Notes under the pieces: generated by a model
What the model was told of the DNA's origin: nothing
The model's database searches: none
The model's input: only the letters and a program-made list of their open reading frames with translations
Shown here: positions 37,251-51,489 of the stretch, piece by piece
Position numbering within the stretch: position 1 is the first letter of the stretch
Layout: each line of letters begins with the position of its first letter
Translations under genes and position numbers: made by a program
Origin: Epithemia pelagica
Lineage: Eukaryota > Protista > Bacillariophyta
DNA: 64,000 nucleotides
NCBI GenBank assembly: GCA_946965045.2
Contig: OX337230.1
Location: forward strand, 930,001-994,000
Reading direction: 5' to 3'

Positions 37251-37365
37251 CCACCTTTTGTCTACAGTCCCGCCACTGACCGTGACCTGACTGAAATATA
37301 CTCACAGTTGCCACTTTTTGTCTACAGTCCCGCCACTGACCGTGACCTGACTGAAGTATGTTCCC
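37251..37365. repeat. Tandem 60-nt duplication with a third partial copy at 37593-37613
   Basis: The 40-nt core ttttgtctacagtcccgccactgaccgtgacctgactgaa is identical at 37256 and 37316. cactgaccatgacctgactga occurs at 37593. Confidence 0.9.
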
Positions 37366-37705
37366 ACAAATCAGACCGGCCTAGTGATTCCCCTTCTAGG
37401 CAAGAGATTTTTCTCTGTGCTGTTGGCGTTTGGCGTGCCAGAGAAGTGTGAGAGAGATGACAATTGACAATGGAGTTTGTTTGTAGCTTGATAGCAAACA
37501 GGATGGAGCATGAGAAATGAGAATGCAGAGGCTTCGTCGACAGCGTTGATGAGACTTTTTTTACAACTGCCCTCAACCCTCAAGCTCTCGCGCACTGACC
37601 ATGACCTGACTGAGCTACCTACCCTCCCACTTCTCTACTAGAGGAGTAGGAGTAGCTTTCCTCCTCGACAATGGAGTCTGTTTGAAGAGGTTTTAGAGCA
37701 AAAGG

Positions 37706-40056
37706 ATGGATCATCCACCACAGAAAAAAGGAGATACCGCTGGTCGTCGACGGCGTCGAAAAGATCCCTTGTTTCTACCGTCATCGGCTCAAGCCACCAC
37801 TGGTAAGGGAGACAACAACCACAAGACGAAGAACAACAAGACCAGGCAAGAAGGAGGCAATAACAAGCGACGCAATCGTCAGACGCATCGATCTTGGTGT
37901 GGCACTGTATCATGTGTAGTGTTCATCTTCTTCTTGATCGTTTTGGTGGTGGTTTGGTGGCGTGGCCTTGTGGTGATTCAAGTGATAACCGTACCTCCGC
38001 CTCGGACACCTCGGCAACACCATTCGGACTGGCTCTCACAGTCAACCTTTTCGTCCCTTTCGCGACAACAGTATCAGAAACTTGGAGGTCCACCAAAGCG
38101 GCGGCACAATACATCGAGGACCAGCCCGCAAAATTTCACAGATTACGTGTTGGATCCAGACTTGTATCAACAATGGCGAACAGAATTGATGACTTCGATT
38201 TCTAGCTTTTACCCTCAACTACCACCCACCATATCTAGTGAAGCAGATTTAGGATGGCAGGTGTATACTTGGTGTCTCCGTTGGAGGAAATCTTCGGGAC
38301 AATCAACACGAAAACGAAATCAAATTCATGTCCTGCCACCACAAGCTGCATCGGAGGAGTTGGAACCTGGTTTGTGGTTGGCCAAAACCTTCAAAACCGC
38401 ATCCACAACAGCTGCGGCAATTACCCTTCGACTTGCGCATCGTGTGGCACAACGACAAGTCTTGGCACACAACCGACCACAACAAGAAGAACAATCACAA
38501 GCCATTTCGGATCCCGAATGGACCTGTCCTCATGCTTTTTATCATGAACAATCGCTGGAAAATATCTTTGCCGCATCGCGTCCCAAGAATTCCACCAAAG
38601 GTCCCCAACTACAATCTACATCGTCCAAGACAGTAGCAGAACTCCCTTTTTGTGGACCATTGTACGTCGTCCAGACCAACGAGCCTTATCGGCCTATGAG
38701 TATTACATGTTGCAAATCTTGCGACTGGGTAATGTGTCCGAAAACGGTCAACCTACTACCCAATTCAATCAGTTTCACATCTTTTCGGCATACATGGAAT
38801 TGACCAAGGATCAATTGGTTCAACAATTGCGTCCGGATCGAGATGCCTTGTACGAAACCTTTGGTATCTTATTGCAGCATCGGCGGTACACACCGCCGCA
38901 ACCCAAAGTGTCATGGTCGGAACGACGCTGGGTCCGTCAATGGAAAAATGAAGAAAACAACCGTACCAACAGCAGCAACAAGACTATGGATGCGTTTGAC
39001 GAACTTCATCACCACCAACATCATCATACTCTCAACGACCCCAACGTTATGGTGGACAATTACGAAGTGGCCATGCTGGATGAAATTCCAGCTCAGGCCG
39101 TTGGAAAACTTTTGGACTATCGTCGCCGACCATCACCACAATCATCAAAGGCTGTGACCTCCATACAGAACGATACAGCGTCGTCGTCGTTGAAGGTGCC
39201 GTCATCTCCGGTGTCCTTTATTCGAGATACGGTGGCTCATTACGATTTCGTTGCCGTCAGTGAACGAATGGACGAATCGGTCTTGGTTCTCTTGGTCTTG
39301 CTGGGCATTTTACCACATCGACGGGGAACACAAGACATTGTGGATGGGACAGCCGACTCGTCTCGTACGATATGGTTAGGGCTGGAGGAAACAGAATTTG
39401 ATGCCCGCTTGTCCGATGCCATTGTCTTGTCGTCCAAAACACGTCGTAGTAGTCCCTTTTTGCACAATTGGGTGACACAAGTTCAATCCAAGGAACGAAC
39501 GACACGGTTGAAAACATTGGTGGATGTCGGTATTTTGAACGAACGAGATCGTAACCGGATTCGGTTGTCACATGACAATTGTATTCCACGAAATACAAGG
39601 CAAGGATCCAAACAATCCGCAGGGACATCCAAGCAGTGGATCAGTGATTGGTTGCATCCAAAGAACAACAAGGATCCAAACAGTGCACATATTGTCAACC
39701 GACAAGAGCAGTACATGAAAAGCAATTATGTACCCGACAATTTGGATTTTTTGCTCTACGACTATGTCAATGCTACTTTGGATCGTACCATTGATAGCTT
39801 GGTGGGACAACGTCGCATGTCACTTTGGCTGCAACGATATCGAACCCTACAAGCCGAGGCAGTCTCACGCTGCCAAGCCACGGCCCAATTTCCCTGTGCC
39901 TTTTACCAACCCAATTCGTCGTCATCATCGTCCTTGGGGGATGGAGGCCTCAAGAAAACCAACAACAGCAACAAGAAAGGAGCAAAGAAGGATTGTTATT
40001 TTCGAGACATGGGTTGTGGGTATCCATGTTTGGACAAATTGTTTCCCATTGGATGA
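37706..40056 (+). CDS. Type II membrane sulfotransferase-like protein (Gal-3-O-sulfotransferase-like); apparent frameshift at T5 run 38647-38651
   Basis: N-terminal TM helix (VVFIFFLIVLVVVWW) and PAPS 5'-PSB-like motif AKTFKTASTT in ORF 37706-38803. The 3'-PB-like motif WTIVRRPDQRALSAYEY and YDFVAVSERMDESV lie in ORF 38650-40056. One extra T fuses the two. Confidence 0.7.
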
Positions 40057-40181
40057 GATGATAGTAAAGGAGACGTTATCCCGAAACTGGTCTTCTCGCT
40101 AGGCAGGCTGTGAAGACAAGTTTCGAAAGGGCGAGCCCAGAGCCAATGGTTCTGTGGTTATTTGTCACAGGTTGGATTTCT

Positions 40182-42416
40182 TCACCATACACAGGTATCG
40201 TTGTACCACAGTTTCCATGGAAATGGTGTTCTGGAACGAAAGAGTTGACATGGAACAGAGTCCAGGACGTTGTTACTGGTGCTGTCCGAAAAGGACTCGG
40301 TGATTGCACTCTTATTGGTGTGAATCCTTGTCATCTCCTGGGTGATTGTGCGGATTCTCAAGGGACAATCTTGATACACAAGTTCATGGAGGGCGTGACA
40401 CTTTTCCGTGTCATTTAAATTGACTGCTTGGACAATCAAGCTAGTATAGGCTTGTAATTCGTCAAACACGAGACAACATATGGCACGTCGACCACGAATG
40501 GTAGAAATGCCGGATTTCACTTGATAATGTTCACTCTGGTGCGTGACATGGACGTTGGTGATTTCCTTTCCCAACAAAGGAATCGCACTCGGAGGAGAAG
40601 TAATATTCCAACTAGGACCATGGTTGGATGAATTTGTTACATTATTGCGCTTGCGATGAACGTCGGGTGCAAGAGTTCCAGTGTCGTTTGTCGTCGTAGC
40701 AGCAGATGGAGTGAGTGGTGACTTGGTTGTGGAAACCGGGTCGAATGGGCCTACGATCCGGTTGCGTTGTTGCTCGTACTGACGCAGAGCCGTTTGAATC
40801 CGTTCCACGTCGTGCCACAAGTGCGACATGCGTAGGACCACAATGGTTGGAGGGTTGGATCGTTTCTTTTTCCACAACCACAAGGTTGTTTGCAGATACC
40901 ATTGATAATTGTGATAAAAATGTTGCAAGGCAATCTGATTGTCTCCATCCGGTCCTTGACCCGTCAAAATGGTACGAGCCAAACGGGTACACTCGGCCGA
41001 AACCGGGGGAAATGAAAAGCCGTGTTGTTGTTGCTGACTAAAAGATGGACTTTGGTCCAGTGCCTGCTGTTCCAGTTGCCACCGCCAAAGGGCTTCGGCC
41101 ACATGGTCCATGTTTTGAAAGCATTCCAACAAGAATTGTTCATCGATTGGAATCGTCGATTTGGTGGTGGTGGTTTTCGCTGTGATGGCTTGTTTGCCAT
41201 TTGCTCCGTGTTCTTCTTGGTGTTGTTGTTCTTTCTTCCGTCTTTGCCAGACCTTGTGTCGATGATAATTAAAGGCCGACACAAGTCGTGCCAGGGGACT
41301 TCGGACCGTCCACAAGAGAGTATTGATTCGAATGGGCGTGGTGCTGGGTCCACTCCACAAAAAGGCTTCGGCCACGGCGGCTGGATGACGAGGTGTGCGT
41401 GGCAGTGTGGTATGCTTGTGCCACACGACGGCACGTCCCAAGGGATTGTCGTCCCAGGAATGGGAGATTGGACGAGATCCTGCTCGTAGTACACTCGTGG
41501 ACGACAAGGAATTTGCCGTGTGGTTTCGCATATCTTGTGCATTCCTCTTTTGTTGTCCATGTCCAACCGTGGCATTGTACAAACACTCGGCCCAGACATG
41601 TTCGAACGAAGAGGAGGAGAAGGTGAATGGTGGTGCGGTGGTATTCGTGTGGATAAACTGGTGGTTGTGCTTATTGTATCCCGACTCGGTCGTCTCGTTG
41701 TGGTCAGCGTAGTACTGTTGCAAACAGGGCACGGCGCGTGTGTGTTTGGCCACTTTCTGGGTCAAGAGGGCGGATTCCAAGGAGGTGCCACCCGATTTGC
41801 CCACATGCACGTACAGGATGCGAGGTGGATCGGGAACGACAACCGTAGGCTCCATGATTCTTTGTTGTTGTTGTGGATCCGTGGTCCAGGACAGTTGGGA
41901 AAATTCCCACCAATCCATGTCGCGTGTTTGGTGGGTGACGTTCTCCTGCCTCGACGGCATGCGAGGTGAAGTCCATTCGGTGTTGTTGTTGGTTGTCCGC
42001 TTGTTTGTAGGAATAGTTTTGAATGTTGGTGGAAAATAAGACTCTTCTTCCATGAGGCGGTCCAGCAGTAGTCGTTGTTCTACGAGTGTTGCTTGTGGTT
42101 GCTCCAGTTTGAGCGTTCGAGAGAGTTGAAATCCAGTCAGGGTCAAGGACAGCAAAAATGCCACAACAAGGGTTACCACCAGTGTCCAGGATGTCAGGTT
42201 TCGTGGACCCTCGGGGACACTACAGGTTTGACAACACAGCCTGTTTCTCCTTGTTGCTGTCAGGTTGTTTGTTTGTAGGGAGGGACTGCTCCTGCTCATT
42301 CCGGGGAGTGGATCCTTGGAGTGTGAAGGCAAACGTCGCCTCGAAAAGGACGAATCGGACGGAATGGCATTCTTGTCGAGTCCACGGGTGGTGCTTGTAG
42401 CACGGAGGGACGACAT
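40182..42416 (-). CDS. Type II membrane sulfotransferase-like protein
   Basis: 744-aa ORF with a TM helix (LVVTLVVAFLLSLTL), 5'-PSB-like YVHVGKSGGTS and 3'-PB-like WTVRSPLARLVSAFNY. Confidence 0.72.
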   Translation of the reverse strand: MSSLRATSTTRGLDKNAIPSDSSFSRRRLPSHSKDPLPGMSRSSPSLQTNNLTATRRNRLCCQTCSVPEGPRNLTSWTLVVTLVVAFLLSLTLTGFQLSRTLKLEQPQATLVEQRLLLDRLMEEESYFPPTFKTIPTNKRTTNNNTEWTSPRMPSRQENVTHQTRDMDWWEFSQLSWTTDPQQQQRIMEPTVVVPDPPRILYVHVGKSGGTSLESALLTQKVAKHTRAVPCLQQYYADHNETTESGYNKHNHQFIHTNTTAPPFTFSSSSFEHVWAECLYNATVGHGQQKRNAQDMRNHTANSLSSTSVLRAGSRPISHSWDDNPLGRAVVWHKHTTLPRTPRHPAAVAEAFLWSGPSTTPIRINTLLWTVRSPLARLVSAFNYHRHKVWQRRKKEQQHQEEHGANGKQAITAKTTTTKSTIPIDEQFLLECFQNMDHVAEALWRWQLEQQALDQSPSFSQQQQHGFSFPPVSAECTRLARTILTGQGPDGDNQIALQHFYHNYQWYLQTTLWLWKKKRSNPPTIVVLRMSHLWHDVERIQTALRQYEQQRNRIVGPFDPVSTTKSPLTPSAATTTNDTGTLAPDVHRKRNNVTNSSNHGPSWNITSPPSAIPLLGKEITNVHVTHQSEHYQVKSGISTIRGRRAICCLVFDELQAYTSLIVQAVNLNDTEKCHALHELVYQDCPLRIRTITQEMTRIHTNKSAITESFSDSTSNNVLDSVPCQLFRSRTPFPWKLWYNDTCVW

Positions 42417-43161
42417 TTTGCTGTCTGAGTTTGGCGTAGAGTGTCTTGGTTTGTTGCTGTGGTCGTTCTACTGGCTGGGACCTTGTGCGAAACGGGAAAC
42501 AGCAACGAGGGCGACCATACAACAGGAAAGCGTCTTTTGGTAAGCTTATACGGGTCCGCTTGGTCCGTCCATGATGGTCTTTTCTTTTTTTGGTTCCAAC
42601 GCATACAAACGGATTTCAGATTTGGCGGTGAGCGTTATTGGTGCGACCCCAAAAGAGCTACCTATATGCGACTAAGATTCGGAAGACGTACGGACATCTC
42701 ATATCGGGCGGCAGACGGACGTTGAGCGAACACCGCAAAGTTCAACCATTGCTGTCGCAATTCCCTCGCTGGACACCAAAAACCACGCAGCGACGAAGAT
42801 CCACCAAAGAACAAATAGACTATTACTTTGAAGTCGTTGTCTTTTGCGTAGACCTTCAATTGACTTGCCACCAGAACGACCCTGCGAAGCTCAGGAAATC
42901 AGAGCGATTCCCACCCAAACGCGGAAAAAGACAACTTTGGGATCCTTCACAGTCCGTCTATTGTTCGCTCTCGGCTTGGTGTACCATGAGTGGGACGCTC
43001 TGGCGATAAAAAAAGGATCTCGAGGTATAATATATTGTTGCTCGAACTGTCGCATAAAGCCAGACCCACGACCGCCAATCACAGCCAATATCCAAAGAAT
43101 TGAGAGACGACATCAACCAGACTGGAAAACAAAAACGATCCATATCATCATCATCATCATC

Positions 43162-47160
<3,999 letters not shown>

Positions 47161-47900
47161 TAAGTGCGACAGTCAGTCTTTGCTCGTGCTCTATAAGTCT
47201 GGGTCTCGTTTTTGTTCTCGTTGGTGACATATAATATATTTCTCAATGACGTTGCCTCCAGAAGCAGTATATTACGGAACCAAACTTGGTGGACCACAAA
47301 GCGAAAGACTGAACAACATCCGGGTGGACCAAAGCAAAAGACCCGAGTTATGAGAGGATGGTCGTGACTTGTTCATTGCACTCGTGTGGAACATGAATTA
47401 TTGTGCACTGTGCCAGGGAGATCTTTGGGTCTCATTCTGTATCTTCTCTTGAAGCTCAATAGACTATATATTCTATTGGACCGACGATCGCATCCAATAC
47501 ATCCAGGCATCCGATCCTTTCTCCCCCTTTGTTGCGATGGTGGAGTCGCCCGGCGTGGAGAGAAACCACGTCCATAAAACCCCTCGCGTCTTCGACAAAA
47601 GATTAGAAGAATGAACATACACTGACGCGCAAAACGCCGAGAATTTTCCGAAAAGATCCATCGTTCGATCCAACGTAACATCCACCGCGTCGTCGCTTTC
47701 AACAGAAGCAGTCTAAATTCAACGTATACGACGTAAAGTTGAACAACAAAACCAACAAGAACAACAACAACGACAAGAGAAAAGTATCACTGTTTATTTC
47801 TAATAGAAGAAAGAAGGGTTACTAGCTAGTACACTGGTTTCTGCAGCGCAGATCACACACACTAGACCACAAGACAAACACCACTACCACCACGACAACA

Positions 47901-49283
47901 ATGACAGCGTTGTGGGGCGAGCGAGGATTGGTGACCACGACGAGCAGCAGCAGCAGCAGCCGGGAGGAATCGGCCACTGTATCCTTGTTGTGGTGGACCG
48001 CCACGGCTGTGATCACCACGAGTTGTTCGACCGCACTGGCCTTGGCCGTCTATTCCTGGTCTTCGTCGTCCTCCTCTTTAAATGAGGACTCAAACACTCC
48101 GGACCATTCTCCCAACAAAACAGAAACAGCACAGCCCGGATGCATTCCACTGTCGCCCATTCAAGCCTATTTTCAAGAGACACACCACAAGGGTGCCAAT
48201 CATATCGTGGCCAGTGTCCTCCTTCAACCGTCGACACCGGCACACTTGTTGACGCAAGACCATTTGGAATTGGTCGTTCAAGCCTTGCAAGCACGATACC
48301 AATCCTTGCAAGCGGTACTCACCTACGATCCTCCAAGTCGGTACGACACAAATGACCCAACCAAAAACAACAACAACAAGAAACGACAGCCTACCAAATT
48401 TGTTCTCACCACTCCACCGTCATCAATACGTTCAGGTACCATTGCCATATACCATGACCAATCATGGAATCAAGTGGCCGAAGACGAATTGAATACCACT
48501 CCCTTTCCCAATCCCACCTGGGAACAACCGGTTCAACCCCTGTGGAAGGTGGCACTTGTTCATCCTCCTATTACTCAAGACCACAACCACAATCACCAGG
48601 ACGACCACGACCCAACGAACAATAATCCAGCCACCAATACCATTGCAGCGGCACCCGCCTTGATTTTTACCCTCAGTCATGTCTTGTTTGATGGAACGTC
48701 TCGGAATCGATTGATTCGAGAATTTCTCAAATGCTTATTCTTGCCACCCTCCTTTTATGCCCAGGCTCTGTTGGATACACCCACACCCCGTCCCATGCTA
48801 CGTGCGCAAGATGTCATGGAACAACTCTATCAACATTCGGAACAACAACAACAACAACAACAACAACAAGCCGAACAGGAGCAACTTGCAACGGGGAGTA
48901 GTAGCAGCCGTAACCGTACGACAATGGGCTTTCACTGGATTCTGCAACAGTCGAGCTGGCTTCAAACGTGCCGGCGTATAGTCCAATACAATTTGATTCC
49001 CATATTTCACGTCGAATGGTTCAAGGCGCGGCACAAGGGACACGTGGCCTTGACCTTGGAACAGGCACCGGGGTACCAAGACCAGAACCAACGTGCCCAA
49101 ACGCGTCAACGGACATTCAGTTTGTCGGTACCGGAAACGACCGCCCTGCAAGACGCCTGTCGGAGTCAACACACCACGGTTCATGGAGCCTTGACGGCCG
49201 CCGCCGTCTTGGCCTTGTCGGCCCTCTCGCGTGACGAACGAGAACAGCAACCGCAACAAGAGACCGACAAGCGTCGGAGTGGC

Positions 49284-49360
<77 letters not shown>

Positions 49361-50261
49361 GACTGTGGGAGGATATTACTATACCACAGTGTTGCATTTA
49401 ATTTCGCTGTGGAAATACTTGCCCGAGTCGTGTCGAAGAACAACCGATCAAGATGTCGCCGGCGTATTTTTTGCCAGCCATTACGCTCATGTACCACTGG
49501 TGTCGGCCGATACCTTGGACCTCCTCCCGCCGTCGTCGTCTCCTCCGGAACAGGACGACGCCGACGACATGGCGTCGTCGTCGCCAAGTCACAAAGAATT
49601 TGCCACGCGTGCCTGGTCCTTGGCTCGATCCATGCGACAGGAGGTGCAACAATTTTCCCTCCATGGCTTGGTACGAACCCTTCCGGAATTTTTGATCCTA
49701 GTCTTGTTCCAATCCGTGCTTTTGCCGGCGCTCGGTATCTGTGGAAGTCGTTCCAAGGCCCACAAACAACTCTTTGTCTCCAATCCTCTCTTGACACAGG
49801 ATCCCGGAATTTTTATTTCCAACAATGGTCGGGTCGACTTGTCGTGGTCCTCGTCAGTATCGTCCAACAACGACACTCAAAAACAAATTAACGGCAGTAC
49901 TACTACTACCGATAACAACAAGAACGACGACCACGACGACGATGAAGAAGAAGACTATGGACGTTTTGTCCAAGCCATTTATGCCTCGATATCGTCGCAC
50001 AAGAATTTGTTTGCCTATGGAGGATGGAATGTGCAAACCGTTCAGGGACGGTTGCATTTGGGATGGACTTATTATACCACCGTGTGGTCGCCCGAAACGG
50101 CCCACACCTATGTCTCATATTTTCACCACTACCTTCACGGTATGATCCAGCATCAGCATCATCATGACAGCATCGGCAAGACGACGACAACAACAACGAC
50201 TCTTGCGTCTGTACCCGGCACGCATGGCACTACCACGACATCTACCAATGGACATTCGTAG
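47901..50261 (+). CDS. CoA-dependent acyltransferase (alcohol acetyltransferase / condensation-domain-like), N-terminal hydrophobic anchor
   Basis: HxxxD motif LSHVLFDG (His 48678) and CRSQHTTVHGALTAAAVLAL. The C-terminal ISNNG...VQTVQGRLHLGW.YY segment is paralogous to 55150-56901. Confidence 0.72.
49284..49358 (+). repeat. Pure (AAC)25 polyasparagine tract
   Basis: Read directly from the sequence; in frame within the acyltransferase. Confidence 0.95.
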
Positions 50262-51007
50262 TAAAAGACGAGATACTCTTCAAACTTATTTGTGGCTCTC
50301 GATCCATGAAATGTCGGTCATGTTTGTACATTCTGGATTACACAGCGGAGAGTGATCACGAACGGATGGAGAACCATATATACAAGAACAACCACGCCCT
50401 TGCAATCTCACAGTTTTGTCCGCCAAAAAAGCTACAACAGAGATGTCCCGACCAAAGCGACTGTGTAGTCCTTTAGTTGGTCCTATTGTTGATTGGAAAA
50501 TGCACAATGTCCTCCAATACATGCCTCACATGGACTTGCACTTGGTAGAAGTACCTACTAGCTAGTAGGTGTATAGGCCAATGCCTACTAGAAAACGAAG
50601 CACAGTGGGTATTGGACATGTCTGATCCATCTTCGGTCGACAATGAATGATAGAAGATCATTGGAGAGTGTGCCGCATTCTGTTCCACTGGCGCGCTTGT
50701 GCTTCTCGAGAATATTATTTGTGGCTTTGTTCCGGCTGAGGAGAAACATATCCGTATGGACATTGCCATCATGGCGATTGTCGTGGCAGCCATCCCGTCC
50801 TACAAATAGAGTGGATGATTCTGGGTTTGTCGAGTTCGTGTTGTGCGACTGCAGCGGTTCCGAGAAGCGACCGAAATAAACTTCCAAGCGGCTGAGACGC
50901 ATTGTATTTATCTCTTGGTCTAATAACTTTTGGGAGATACATCTTGGTTGTAGAAATAATGGACACCAGCGCCGGCAGTCCTATTATTGATGGCTGGCGG
51001 GAGCGCC

Positions 51008-51065
51008 GATCCCCGATCCCCAAGACAAAACACAACGATCCCCAATCCCCAAGACAAAACACAAC
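51008..51065. repeat. 29-nt tandem duplication
   Basis: gatcccc[g/a]atccccaagacaaaacacaac occurs twice with one mismatch. Confidence 0.9.
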
Positions 51066-51489
51066 GCATCGCAAATCGCAAGAAGACGACTCTCATTCTC
51101 AGGGGATGATAGAGGACAGCAGAAGCACAACGACAAACAATAGCGTTGACAACAACAAGAGAGATGATGATCCTTCGACATCCATTTCGATCGTTTTCTG
51201 CTTCATGGTCGGCCAGTCCCCTCGTCAGTTGTGGTCGTCTCACATCTCACCAACGCATGGCGGGAGACAGCCTGCGCGCCCGCTATCGTTCCCTGGATTG
51301 CGACGGGTTGCGGTTGCGACGATCTTCCGTGGATTCTTCGTCCCTCTCTTATCCCCGTCGAGGATTTCCTTACTCTGTAGTATATTCATTATATCAGGAC
51401 GGACCATTGACCGCTCAGGAGTTTGAACGCCCCCCCAACAACAGCGGCGTCTGAAACAATCGCAGTAGTATTGCGTCTGATGATCGGCC

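Noticed and set aside
37251-37613. 60-nt repeats, and the 84-nt repeats at 52004-52272, as a possible CRISPR-like array
   Set aside because: The units are contiguous tandem duplications without unique spacers, the context is eukaryotic, and there are no cas genes.
42844-43161. N-terminal extension of the PPR ORF
   Set aside because: The ORF-track start is not ATG. ATG 43162 precedes a transit-peptide-like leader and is more plausible.
50902-51426. 174-aa ORF upstream of the CBP-like gene
   Set aside because: No motifs, contains a tandem duplication, and is overlapped by several equally weak ORFs.
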